Source: Candidatus Poribacteria bacterium (GTDB lineage: Bacteria; Poribacteria; WGA-4E; WGA-3G). Taken from it: a DNA stretch of 64,000 bases. This document shows, piece after piece, positions 9,337-19,427 of the stretch. Under the pieces are notes generated by a model that was not told the DNA's origin, searched no databases, and saw only the letters and a program-made list of their open reading frames with translations. The stretch spans positions 256,001-320,000 of the forward strand of contig CAXXLX010000002.1 in NCBI GenBank assembly GCA_963665235.2, given 5' to 3'. A program made the translations under genes and the position numbers. Position 1 is the stretch's first letter. Each line of letters opens with the position of its first letter.

Positions 9337-10840
9337 CGGAATCCTCCTTGTCATTCTTCTTAGGTCGCCGTGATCCTTTAGGACGATCGGTATAGCTCTG
9401 CGCTGCATCGACACAGCATTGGAGAAAACCGGCATCACCATTTTCAACCGTCATGCGTTTGTCTTCGTCTTTTTTCAATTTCCATTCCCTTGTATTAGAT
9501 GGATCGGGGTCATCTTTATATATCAATTTTGCTGCGATACCTCGGAGTGTGCCGCGTCCGTTGCTTGTCTCCCCACCGAGAGCGGCATGTCCATACCAGA
9601 AATCCCGCAATGTCAACAGCAGTAAACCGATCTCCGCGTCGCCCGGTTCCTCCAACGTGAGTATTAACCGAAGATTGGATGCCGATTCTTTTTCAGCGAT
9701 TTCATCGAGACTAATCGGATAAACAGGCTTTTCGTTAAATAGGGCACCATCCAAGCTGCCACCAGTAAAGCGATCGATAGCAACACGATCTTGCCACTGA
9801 TATCGCACATTTTTCACTAGCTGCTCCTCAATCCTAACTCGACTTGCACGCGCATCCGGTTCCTGGTTCTTATCACCTTTTTCATAGACGTAACCAAACA
9901 TTTTGTCAACTGATTTCTCTGACCAACCAATAGTTTTCGCGATTAAGGTAGCACGATGGCGGAATGCACCGCCAAAGGAAGTTCCAGGAACAACGGGCTC
10001 TCCATCGGACTGTAGGTGTATCATGTCTGGGTCATCTGGATTTCCAGAGGAACTACGGATTAGCAGGGAGGTACACAGCTCAAAGTTAGCTTCAATACGG
10101 AAGTATCGTCGGTAATCGGATGGCAATGAGCGTATTTCTAAAGAGCTCGGGTCTCGAGACCAAGGATCGTCTCGGAGCCATGACATGACATCCTCCGGGT
10201 TGTTCATTTGCAAATCGCGTATTTGCCAAGTGCCTACTTTACCGCAACCATAACCGCGACGGGTGCGCGCACCTAATCGGATATTCCCATCCTGAAATCC
10301 GTGCAGAAGTGCCAAAAACAGTGCTGTTAAATCATAGTTCTTGTCCCCTTCACGAATCACACATTCCAGATTCAGTTCAAACTCGGTACCACGTTCAACA
10401 ACTTCTACATCAAACTTTGCTTTGTCCGCAGCGGATCCTGATTGTTTGTCCACGCGGACACCGTCTCGAGTTGATGTCGTCGCTTGCATACAGTGAGCAT
10501 CAGCAACTGTCAGAGCACTCATCGGGTCGGACTTCTCCACGGTATCTGCTTTTTCTGACCCACCGAAAAATCTTTTGAATTCTGATGATTCTTTGGTATG
10601 TCCTCCTTGATATTGCTTCCACGGTAAACTCTGGTGAGCGAGAAAGCTCCGTGCAGCACCAGTAATGGAGGCCCCAGGGATAAAAGGTTTCCCGGCTTCA
10701 TCCCTCAAGAGACACATATCTGCTATTCCAGTTTCGTCGCCGCCAAAGTGTGCTACACTCTCTAGTTTCCATGTCCCACGCGCATATAAGCGGCGGACAA
10801 CAGCATCATCCATAGGTTTTATGGTTGTTGTATTTGCCAT
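9326..10840 (-). CDS. cas7: Cas7-Cas7 (double Csm3-like RAMP) fusion
   Basis: Two RAMP units: HFGG..D..KPFIPGASITGA..FFGG..RDGVRVD..LGARTRRGYG and EPVVPGTSFGGAFR..MFG..RVAIDRFTGG..LGGETSNGRG. Confidence 0.92.
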   Translation of the reverse strand: MANTTTIKPMDDAVVRRLYARGTWKLESVAHFGGDETGIADMCLLRDEAGKPFIPGASITGAARSFLAHQSLPWKQYQGGHTKESSEFKRFFGGSEKADTVEKSDPMSALTVADAHCMQATTSTRDGVRVDKQSGSAADKAKFDVEVVERGTEFELNLECVIREGDKNYDLTALFLALLHGFQDGNIRLGARTRRGYGCGKVGTWQIRDLQMNNPEDVMSWLRDDPWSRDPSSLEIRSLPSDYRRYFRIEANFELCTSLLIRSSSGNPDDPDMIHLQSDGEPVVPGTSFGGAFRHRATLIAKTIGWSEKSVDKMFGYVYEKGDKNQEPDARASRVRIEEQLVKNVRYQWQDRVAIDRFTGGSLDGALFNEKPVYPISLDEIAEKESASNLRLILTLEEPGDAEIGLLLLTLRDFWYGHAALGGETSNGRGTLRGIAAKLIYKDDPDPSNTREWKLKKDEDKRMTVENGDAGFLQCCVDAAQSYTDRPKGSRRPKKNDKEDSDAE

Positions 10841-10875
10841 TACATTGTTTCCTATCTTTTTCTTTATTCTTTAGC

Positions 10876-13290
10876 CTATGTTCGTCGCTTACGGTAGAGC
10901 GAGGTTAGCAAATGATTGAGGAATACTTGGCACATTTCCTTACTGTCTCCCTTCAGTTCATCAATCAGGGTTTTTCGCGTGTTTGCATAACTTTCATCAA
11001 CGTCGTCTTCAACGAGTGCTTCTATCTGAGTCCGAATTAATGATTCAGTTAGGGTCTCAGGGGCACTCCAAGCTATCTTGAATAAATCATACAATGTTGT
11101 ACTTCTTGGAAACCACGGCATACCGGATCGAAGGGTTATTCGACAATTCGTCAAACCTTCCTTCGCTTGCCTACGTAGGTCGTTCAGAGTATCAATGGGG
11201 ACATCTTGTTGCAAAAAGAAACGTAGTCTCCCGAGGAGCGCGTTGCTTGGGATTTCTTGTATGGCACCACGGATAGTCGCTATGTTCATCGCTCCCTGCT
11301 GCATTTCTGCCAAACAGCGGGTTCGAGCGATCTCTTTAAGAAGGGCTTGAACACACGCGGGTATCTCTGATCCCCCGGGGACAGGGGGACTATCTTGATT
11401 GTTGGGATCGTCAAGCTGTGTTTCCATTGTATTTGTCAATTTAAAGCGATTGATCGCAATGCGCCCATAGCCTTCACCTTTACGCAGCCCTAAACCATCA
11501 TATTCCAATTCCACCAGACGTTTTTTGTCTATTTCTTTAAGTTCTTGCTTTAATTCAAACACAAAAACACTACCAGCAGCTATAGCGGGCCACTGCTGTC
11601 GGGGCAGACGCAAGTGGGCGTTATAACCACCAACTAATTCCGTACGGGTATAGCTGCGTAAAAGTTTCAAATCGTCCGCATTCAAAGATAGCAATTTTGC
11701 CAATTCCTGTTTGGGGAAACATGAATCTGGATGTCCATTGTCATTGACAACCAGTAACTGAGATAACGTGGTAACAATTAAGCAATTGCCAAGATTAGGA
11801 ACACTATGTCCCAGTTGTCCAATAAATCCATCCCACTCAACACACCCCTTCAATTGTTGGGGCCCCTTAGCATCGACCCATTCAAATGCTGCCTCGCCGT
11901 ACTGTGCACTGCGAGACCGCCCAAGTCTTATTAGGTTTGTCCCTTTCAACCACTTTTGCAAGTCTTTCAAGTCCGACTCTGAACCCAGGACCACTCCTTG
12001 AAATGTTTCGCCTGTCTGGATGGCTTCATATTGAAAGAAGGCTCCGCCAGCTGAAACGTCTGCCCCAAGGGCACGGCCTATGCGGCGATCTTTTGAAACC
12101 CGGGCATGATGATAATTTCGTTCTGTTCTAACCGATTGACTCTCCACGACACCTTTGTCTAGTTTAGCATAGCGACGCTCAAGACGTTTTTTAGGTCTTT
12201 TCTTTGAGTCCTCGTCCTGTGCTTCCACCAAATCTACTAGCGTTAACATTCTGCTGTCCTTGAATTGACGTATGGAATGCGGAATAGGAAGTAGACGTTG
12301 TATGGAATCATGGGCTTCAGGGTAAGCTGTCAGGAACCGTAATTTACCCTCAAGAAATACATTGCGAAACGCTTGATCATCCGGTGTGTGATTCGGCTGA
12401 TGGAGATAGTGCCAAGCAGCAGCCCCCCATACATTGCTACCCGGGATGTCTTGCCGAGTCACAACAGTATTTGAATCTCCTTCTGTCGCTGGAATAACGA
12501 CTGGTGCTGTCAAAGTCAACCGATATCGCAACAAATGTGTGGGAATGCCGCTATGTGAAAGAGAAGTATTGGATGTCTGCTTTCTTGATGTTTTGGGCGA
12601 CTGGCTCACCATGATGGATGGAAGCGAATTTTGGTTCAAAACTTTTTCTGTCAAGTCGCACTCTTGGTTACTCCCGTCACTTTCAATCAGACGACAACAG
12701 ACCTTTCCGAGTCCACGGGTACGTGCAGTGCCCATGTATTGTAAGGCAGCAGCACTGATAGCTAAGGCATTAAGCAATTCTTTATCAGGATGCAGAGTAA
12801 ACTGCACCGGTGCTCGAAATACCAACCCCGGTCGGAGAGTACGGGTAAGACGAAGTGTGTCCTCTTGTGCTACGCCGGTCTGGCGATCTATGGCGGTTTG
12901 GGCGCGCACAGTAGAAAAGTGTTGCACGACATCCTCGCGGAGAATTTTCCGGATATTCTGATGTTGCAGATATTCCAGCCAGGGTTTCAAAGACGATGCT
13001 TCTACCAATTCAGCGTTTCCTACATACAAAGCAACCTCTCTGTCACCAGGGCTTTTTCCGGACTCGCCAAAAATCTTCGATGCTGGCGTAGAAGTCTGGT
13101 AACACGCTCCCCAAGCATCCGTAACATCACGATAGGCCTCACGCCACAAGCCTTTCAGCCTTCTACCAGGGAGAATTGGTAAGCCCAAGTCGTCAGAGGC
13201 TATGTCGCGGTCAACTAAGCCAACACGTCCCTCGCCAGATGCCGATGTTAATGGTGATTGCAATGTAATTTGCAAGACATAATTCATCAT
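10876..13290 (-). CDS. Cas7-Cas5(Csx10)-Cas11 fusion
   Basis: N-terminal Cas7 (LPILPGRRLKG, TAIDRQTG, MGTARTRGLG); Cas5/Csx10 (IPGSNVWGA, RLGRSRSAQYG, GGYN..P, AGSVF, GLGLRKGEGYG); helical C-terminus (PSNALLGRLR) consistent with Cas11. Confidence 0.88.
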   Translation of the reverse strand: MMNYVLQITLQSPLTSASGEGRVGLVDRDIASDDLGLPILPGRRLKGLWREAYRDVTDAWGACYQTSTPASKIFGESGKSPGDREVALYVGNAELVEASSLKPWLEYLQHQNIRKILREDVVQHFSTVRAQTAIDRQTGVAQEDTLRLTRTLRPGLVFRAPVQFTLHPDKELLNALAISAAALQYMGTARTRGLGKVCCRLIESDGSNQECDLTEKVLNQNSLPSIMVSQSPKTSRKQTSNTSLSHSGIPTHLLRYRLTLTAPVVIPATEGDSNTVVTRQDIPGSNVWGAAAWHYLHQPNHTPDDQAFRNVFLEGKLRFLTAYPEAHDSIQRLLPIPHSIRQFKDSRMLTLVDLVEAQDEDSKKRPKKRLERRYAKLDKGVVESQSVRTERNYHHARVSKDRRIGRALGADVSAGGAFFQYEAIQTGETFQGVVLGSESDLKDLQKWLKGTNLIRLGRSRSAQYGEAAFEWVDAKGPQQLKGCVEWDGFIGQLGHSVPNLGNCLIVTTLSQLLVVNDNGHPDSCFPKQELAKLLSLNADDLKLLRSYTRTELVGGYNAHLRLPRQQWPAIAAGSVFVFELKQELKEIDKKRLVELEYDGLGLRKGEGYGRIAINRFKLTNTMETQLDDPNNQDSPPVPGGSEIPACVQALLKEIARTRCLAEMQQGAMNIATIRGAIQEIPSNALLGRLRFFLQQDVPIDTLNDLRRQAKEGLTNCRITLRSGMPWFPRSTTLYDLFKIAWSAPETLTESLIRTQIEALVEDDVDESYANTRKTLIDELKGDSKEMCQVFLNHLLTSLYRKRRT

Positions 13291-14933
13291 TCTTTATTTT
13301 CCTCTCTGTCATCTACATTACCGGTTTCTGGTTGGACTTCTATCCAGAAGTCGAGCACTTCGAGCGGATCGAAGTAGGGCGTGGTCGGGGCATCACCACC
13401 TGTCCATCCGGTGGCCCTTGCATCGCCCCCTACACCGGATGATGGCAACTCCACATTACGCCATTGTGCCCCCTTAATGAAATGTTCACTTGCCACTGGA
13501 CCTTGCGTTAGAGCGTGTAAGAGACCTTTAGCACGATTGCGGGGCCACCCCGACGATTGGAAACCCTTTAAAATTGAGATAAAATTGTTCCAATTGTCCG
13601 AACCTATTGACACCTCATAGGGGCGTTGATGCAGTACTTGTCCTTCAAGGCTGCGATACTGCACTTCTCTTAGAGCTGTAATGGATCGGGTAGCACCTTC
13701 TTGAATAATCTGAAAGTCTAACCAACTACCTTTTGAATCTCCTTCTTCACGACGGTATCGCTTGGCCAGCGCACAAAGTTCATCAGCAAAACCGTAAGCC
13801 CGGGCAAATGGGAACTTCGTTGGCACGATCGTGATGCCCGCGCACGCATCAACAGATTCTTTCTTGCCACAGACTTGAATGTTGCCAGAAGAAAACGCTT
13901 TTAGATAGAACGCGGCAAGATGGAGCCCAACACGACCATCGCAAACAAATGTCAAATCATCACCACCGTACACAATTGGACGCAGCGGGAATACCTCCGG
14001 CGGATTGTGAAGTGCCTCCAGCGGCAAAGTAGCCTTGAAGTGCAGTAATGTTGCCTCTAAGGCCCTATGAGACAGGTCTGTCGTAGAAGCCGAAAACGCG
14101 CGCAGATTATGGAGGAATTCGGCATCTTCTTGAGATTCTTTGTCCACTACTCGGTTGAGCCGCTCTCCCATTCCGTTACCATCTGCATGGACTATAGCAA
14201 TGTGGGATTCACCTTCGCTACCTCCTAATTCCTCTCCAAGTTCAATGGCGAAACGTTGTCCATCTGGCAAGTCATTCCCTGCTGAAAGAACCTTGGAAAA
14301 TTCATTTGCAATAGAGTCCTGAGCAGGCCCGGGAGCCTGTTGAGAGCCAACCTGATTTCGCTTACTCACTGCAGCTAGCGAGATCCACTGTTGGTCTTCT
14401 TTGCTAAGCATACTTGCCGGAAGTTCGGTAGTGGTACAAGAACGAACAATAGGCAAACTATAGAGAGTTGAACCAAACGGAAGTGCTTCCTCACAAGCAG
14501 ACAGATCGTCCAATGCCGTACGATACGCCTCGGCAAATGTGGCATTTACATCTCCATATCCAACGGCGATACGAAGTGCCGGAGCCTTATATAGCAGCTG
14601 GCAGCTCCACGCCGAGACTGCCCGGCGCGCAGTATCTCGGCTACTGCATAACAAGGCAGCGTTTCCACCACCGACATAGAGGAGATTGACATCTGAAGAT
14701 GCTGACAGTGCTTCCGAAAGCGCGGGAATAGACTTGGGTATGCTCTGTTGGTACTTATCCCAGCAGTCTGTGTTAACAGCAAGTCCTGTCCCCTGGATAG
14801 ATTCAATCATACCTTCTTTGAGCCAATATTTTGCCAAATAGGATGCCCCAATATTCTCCTTCAAATGGTTGCTCTGAAAGACATATTTCTGAAGACTAAC
14901 AGTACCGAAAACCAAAATGCACTGAATTGACAT
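13287..14933 (-). CDS. cas10: Cas10 lacking an HD domain, with an intact palm GGDD motif
   Basis: LQKYVFQSNHLKENIGAS, YVGGGNA, IAIVHADGNGMG, PIVYGGDDLTF, KFPFARAY. At 548 aa it has no N-terminal HD domain. Confidence 0.95.
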   Translation of the reverse strand: MSIQCILVFGTVSLQKYVFQSNHLKENIGASYLAKYWLKEGMIESIQGTGLAVNTDCWDKYQQSIPKSIPALSEALSASSDVNLLYVGGGNAALLCSSRDTARRAVSAWSCQLLYKAPALRIAVGYGDVNATFAEAYRTALDDLSACEEALPFGSTLYSLPIVRSCTTTELPASMLSKEDQQWISLAAVSKRNQVGSQQAPGPAQDSIANEFSKVLSAGNDLPDGQRFAIELGEELGGSEGESHIAIVHADGNGMGERLNRVVDKESQEDAEFLHNLRAFSASTTDLSHRALEATLLHFKATLPLEALHNPPEVFPLRPIVYGGDDLTFVCDGRVGLHLAAFYLKAFSSGNIQVCGKKESVDACAGITIVPTKFPFARAYGFADELCALAKRYRREEGDSKGSWLDFQIIQEGATRSITALREVQYRSLEGQVLHQRPYEVSIGSDNWNNFISILKGFQSSGWPRNRAKGLLHALTQGPVASEHFIKGAQWRNVELPSSGVGGDARATGWTGGDAPTTPYFDPLEVLDFWIEVQPETGNVDDREENKE

Positions 14934-14951
14934 CGTATATTCCTCACTTAC

Positions 14952-16043
14952 TTATTTCCAATGCAGATCTCTACGGAGGTATTTATAGAAATGATCTGAT
15001 AGAGACTGCCACTTATGACGTCCCCAGATTTGCAGAGGTAGGTCCGAGCTACCTGTCTCGTCTTGCAATTCTGCTTCAATGTATGGCTGGTCCTGTTGAC
15101 GAACACTACACAATACAATTGCACGTGCTTCATCACCACCAAGTTGTCTGGATCGAAGAATGGCCTCCATACCTTTCGCCTTAACCTCGTCAGCTCCGCC
15201 AGAAACAGTGCATGAAACTACGACAATTTGGTAACCTAACACTGCCACTACGTCCAATTCAAAAGGACGAACCCTTGAAGTAGTTGCATTGGATCGCCGA
15301 ACGTATACGTTATGGAAAAGTTCATAGTTACATCTTTGTGAATTCTGCCTACAAATTTTCTCCAATGCTGCTTTCATAGCTGCATATGCACCGTACTCAA
15401 GCAGGCGAAAATCGTGGATGAATCCATTAAGTGCTGCATTGCCGGCATCTATTTGTTCATCTGTGAGCTGACTGGGCTCCGGACAATCTTCTGTTACCTC
15501 ACGACCAACTTCCCGCTTCCAGTACGTGTGTCGGAAGGGGCCAAGCTCGAATCCATTCAGATCAGCAATGTTCGTAAGACTGGGATTAACATCTATACGG
15601 GTGTCCGTTACAAGCTTGTTGCTGTCCCAATCTACGATAGTCGGACCGTTGGGCGCGCGCGCATCTAAGTAGGAAGTTTTCATATCAATATTACTCGGCA
15701 ACGCAAAATCTTCAATAGCAGCAACAGTTTCAACACCCATAACCTTAGTTCCCCCCGTGTAATGAACGTGGATTTTCTCATCTGTCGGTAAACTTGGAAT
15801 AAGTCTCGTATTGATTTTATCGCGAACCTTTCCTGGATCACCTGCTGATGTTTCGTAAGTTTGGACATCAGGGATGTGTCCACAGTGTTTTTGTAGTCGC
15901 TCCTTTTCGTCACTTGTACCTGCGGTATGGACAAGTCTGGTTGTAACAGAGGCATCCAGTTTATCCTTCAAATGATACCAAGCGACCCAAACAGGGAGCG
16001 GGTTGGTCCCAACTGTCATTATCAGTTGTGTTGCCATAACCAT
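14952..16043 (-). CDS. CARF-domain PD-(D/E)xK nuclease, Can2/Card1-like cyclic-oligoadenylate effector
   Basis: CARF motifs MTVGTNPLP and HYTGGTKVM; C-terminal FELDVVAVLGYQIVVVSCT...EAILRSRQLGGDEAR. Confidence 0.85.
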   Translation of the reverse strand: MVMATQLIMTVGTNPLPVWVAWYHLKDKLDASVTTRLVHTAGTSDEKERLQKHCGHIPDVQTYETSAGDPGKVRDKINTRLIPSLPTDEKIHVHYTGGTKVMGVETVAAIEDFALPSNIDMKTSYLDARAPNGPTIVDWDSNKLVTDTRIDVNPSLTNIADLNGFELGPFRHTYWKREVGREVTEDCPEPSQLTDEQIDAGNAALNGFIHDFRLLEYGAYAAMKAALEKICRQNSQRCNYELFHNVYVRRSNATTSRVRPFELDVVAVLGYQIVVVSCTVSGGADEVKAKGMEAILRSRQLGGDEARAIVLCSVRQQDQPYIEAELQDETGSSDLPLQIWGRHKWQSLSDHFYKYLRRDLHWK

Positions 16044-16081
16044 AATCTCCATCGTATGCATGAATAGCGAACATTTAGGCA

Positions 16082-18499
16082 CTAAAAGTCATAGGGCTCA
16101 TAGGCTAATCCGCTTTCATCAACCCTCGGAAGTGCCTCTCGCCAATTACGTTCGTTCTCTGTAAACCATTGGAAGTTCTCACCTTCTGGAGTCGGTTCAC
16201 GCTTCAGGCGTGGATAATGAATCGGCGAGTCATCCACGGGGCCTTCTAGGATTTGTAAGAAATCCGAGATGAAATAGAGATCGCCAAAACTTGGAGAGGT
16301 ATTATACGCTGCCTCCATACTTGCCTGAAACGCCTGAATACATTGGTTTCGCTGATTGTCATCCAACGTAGCGGGCGGATCGGCATCAAAGGTAGCGTAG
16401 TACTTTTTCCAATCTTCGCTAGTACCGAGTGGCAAAACCCCGTCGTCAACCTCCAGTCTCACACTCCCGAAACCCAGCGGCTTGCCGTATCCGAGTTTGA
16501 AGTAATGTTTTTCAGGAAGCGTTAGCAGCCAAAGTAGTGCACCAATCTCTTCAGGTTGTAGATTTTGAACGTACAGAGATGCCTTAAACTCGGTGCCGGG
16601 CTTAATCCAACTTGTAATCGAACGGTTCTGTGGATCTGTTTGTGGTTTGCCATCTTTATCATCAGGCCGGCGGTATTCTTGATATCGACCTTTACGCTTA
16701 ATCTTCGTTCTGTCCTCAACGGATGGCTGCCAGTAGCACAGTGTTTGTTTGCTCTCCTCCAACTCGGCTTCTAGCCCTGCATGGTGCCAATATTGCTTAC
16801 GGCCCCGTAACCTCTTACTCTGACTTGCGTCATAACCCGCGTCCTGCTTCCTGACACCGTCTTGTGGATCACCTTGATCGTCAGCAACATAGAAACGGCC
16901 CTGCGCCGGTTTTGGTTGTCCTAAAATTGTCAGTGGCAGTTTGCCATTAAATTTCTTAACAATTTCTGGTCGTGCACCATCCTCACAGACAACCCGGAGA
17001 CGGCTCTTGTAACCTGCATCATCTCCTTGTTCCTGAGGCACCCACCCAAACAGACGATCTGCTGGAGACAGCTTATTTCTCTTACTCGCCGGCCGGAGCG
17101 ATGGATCAAGCAGATCTTTCGGGCTGTCGACGTACAATTCGCGGGATATCAGGACAGGAAAAAAATCTTCAATTTCTGTAATCTTTCCGCGCTTGAACTT
17201 ACAGCGGGCATATACCATATCACCCGCTTTTAGTTCAAGCGCGTCATGTACATCTCTACCCCAGCGGTCCTTGTGTTTACCGTCCTCATACAGATGTGGA
17301 GACCAAGCAGTTTGACCAGGGTCTCTGCCAAGTTTTTTCCAAGGTTCATCCTGTGCCCCCTTTCGATTGAAAATATCGTTTTCGGAGTGTGCATCCCGAT
17401 AACTTTGGATACGCATGCGCCAGTCCTCTTTGAGCTCGTCGGTCACAGGCAAAGTGGTTTTCATGGGATTGAAGAAAATACGTTCATCATGTTTGTTGTC
17501 CATGTTTTCATTAGTAATCAAAATATGTCCTTCAACAACGTTCCCTCCAGGCAACGGGTTATTAGGATATCTAGATTTTGGCCAAACTTTTGTCACCTTC
17601 AAATATTGGTAACTCCGGTGCCGGCGGCGATCAATTTCTACCCAAACTTCATCGCGAGTGCGCGGCCCATATCCTCCGATACACACTGAATTCTCCTGCG
17701 AATTTCTATGGTAACATGTTAGCATTGCAGCGTACATAGGACCATTGGGCCCTGTAGGTGTCGGCGTACTAGTTCCTGTATATAAACGCGCTACTAAATT
17801 CCCACCGCCAGCATCTTCAATAACCGCCGGAATGAGATTCAAAGCTTCTTGCGGCCTCATACGATAGGCTAATCGATCTCCGTTACTAAAACACGCGTAG
17901 CGCGAATTCGTCGCTATTTCATAGGCACTACGCAACATACCGCGCAAAGACGATTCCGGTAGAAAGTCAAGCACGTCATAAATTTGATGTTCCTTTGGCT
18001 CTCGTTCCGTGCCATCATTCTTAAGTAACACTAAGGGCGTAACCGTGGTTATCTTGATTGGGATATGTCCTGTCCACAAACCATCTTTGAGAGACGCATG
18101 ATCAAGAGGAGGATTATGTTCCAACGGATCGAAATCACCAGCAAATCCATTTGACGGCCGCGGAGGCGTGGGGACAAAGGTATATGGATTATGGAAATAG
18201 TCGTGTTCATCGTCAGTTGATAGCGTCCCCTCTGAAGGTGGTTGATGTCCAGTAGGTTGATGTTCTTTAATCCTCAATGGTCGTCCCATCATCTCTTGAT
18301 TATCCAATGCTTCTATCGCCCGTTCGCCTTCCTCTCGGTTTTCCATTACAACCGTCCCGGACCCATTAGATTTACCTTGATGGGGTCCACTTTGGTGAAG
18401 GTTAATTGTGACAGTAGTTACCGTTCCATACTGCTCAAAGTGTCTTTTCAAGTCAGTATCGGTAGCACGGTATGGCAAATTATCGACATAGATTTTCAT
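16082..18499 (-). CDS. Type III-D Cas7-insertion RAMP with an N-terminal RRM domain
   Basis: aa 1-80 IYVDNL...FEQYGTV...AIEALDNQEMMGRPLRI (RRM); then FHNPYTFVP, LPESSLRGMLRSAYE, ADRLFGWV, LRGRKQYWH, KLGYGKPLGFGSV. Confidence 0.9.
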   Translation of the reverse strand: MKIYVDNLPYRATDTDLKRHFEQYGTVTTVTINLHQSGPHQGKSNGSGTVVMENREEGERAIEALDNQEMMGRPLRIKEHQPTGHQPPSEGTLSTDDEHDYFHNPYTFVPTPPRPSNGFAGDFDPLEHNPPLDHASLKDGLWTGHIPIKITTVTPLVLLKNDGTEREPKEHQIYDVLDFLPESSLRGMLRSAYEIATNSRYACFSNGDRLAYRMRPQEALNLIPAVIEDAGGGNLVARLYTGTSTPTPTGPNGPMYAAMLTCYHRNSQENSVCIGGYGPRTRDEVWVEIDRRRHRSYQYLKVTKVWPKSRYPNNPLPGGNVVEGHILITNENMDNKHDERIFFNPMKTTLPVTDELKEDWRMRIQSYRDAHSENDIFNRKGAQDEPWKKLGRDPGQTAWSPHLYEDGKHKDRWGRDVHDALELKAGDMVYARCKFKRGKITEIEDFFPVLISRELYVDSPKDLLDPSLRPASKRNKLSPADRLFGWVPQEQGDDAGYKSRLRVVCEDGARPEIVKKFNGKLPLTILGQPKPAQGRFYVADDQGDPQDGVRKQDAGYDASQSKRLRGRKQYWHHAGLEAELEESKQTLCYWQPSVEDRTKIKRKGRYQEYRRPDDKDGKPQTDPQNRSITSWIKPGTEFKASLYVQNLQPEEIGALLWLLTLPEKHYFKLGYGKPLGFGSVRLEVDDGVLPLGTSEDWKKYYATFDADPPATLDDNQRNQCIQAFQASMEAAYNTSPSFGDLYFISDFLQILEGPVDDSPIHYPRLKREPTPEGENFQWFTENERNWREALPRVDESGLAYEPYDF

Positions 18500-18557
18500 C
18501 TCGTTCCTCTATTGAATGTTGAACTTGAAGACTTCCTTCTTTAAGATATTAGATTTT

Positions 18558-19427
18558 CTAAACATGCCTAACTGCGGCACACAAACTATCGTTCAAATTT
18601 GTATGGTCGATGCTGGTAGTCACAAATCCCCAGGTCAATCTCGATAAGGACGCTCGGATGGACCTATCCTGTATGTTGCCTGTTACGCCGCCGCGTCGCA
18701 ACATATGAATTATAAAACGCCTTACAATGCCAAACGCGAAGTGTCCTGGAAGTAAATCAATGAAACGATGTTTCTTTAAAAACCCGTTAACCAAGACTTC
18801 CGCAGTAGCAATGCCTCCAACGCTAACGTGCACAGCCGCGGTACAGGACCAGTGATCAATTCTGTCAGCGTGGAAATCTATTTTTCCCTTCGTTGCAAAA
18901 AATCTGTCTGGCTCCCTGAGAAAACTCCGAAGATGTGGTGCTTCGTTGTGCCGTGCTATATCTAATACGAGTAGGTCCTTAAAGTTAGCTTCTACATTTT
19001 TGAGGAAGAGCCAGAATTCATTTGCTAGCGAAGGGAAATGGGGTCCGGGAACCCCATTCATACGGTCAAGACAAAACTTCTCTATCGGTTTTGCTTCAAA
19101 AAGATAGTTTTCAACAGAATGCCGATGAAGTAAAACAACTTGTGGGCCTAGACTCGGGGGAAACGGCAAAATGTCATAATCCCCATCAAGAATAACAACG
19201 TAACGGCGTTTTTTTACTTTGAGCGCATTTACTAGGGCCATGCATTTTGGTTTTCCACCCGCTGATTTTATTACACAATTAAACCGGTTAAGGAATGGAT
19301 CCCTTGTACAGATTTCGTCGTAGAAAGTCCAATCAGTTTTCCCCTCAACATAGATAACTACATCCTTTTTAGGATGAAAGTGAGGGGTTGCTATTAACCC
19401 AGGGACGGTTCGTGAAAACGTACTCAT
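18558..19427 (-). CDS. DUF4435 TOPRIM-like nuclease, PARIS AriB-like
   Basis: IYVEGKTD..FY, GGK, ILDGDYD and HSVENYL motifs; ATGA overlap with the upstream ATPase. Confidence 0.8.
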   Translation of the reverse strand: MSTFSRTVPGLIATPHFHPKKDVVIYVEGKTDWTFYDEICTRDPFLNRFNCVIKSAGGKPKCMALVNALKVKKRRYVVILDGDYDILPFPPSLGPQVVLLHRHSVENYLFEAKPIEKFCLDRMNGVPGPHFPSLANEFWLFLKNVEANFKDLLVLDIARHNEAPHLRSFLREPDRFFATKGKIDFHADRIDHWSCTAAVHVSVGGIATAEVLVNGFLKKHRFIDLLPGHFAFGIVRRFIIHMLRRGGVTGNIQDRSIRASLSRLTWGFVTTSIDHTNLNDSLCAAVRHV

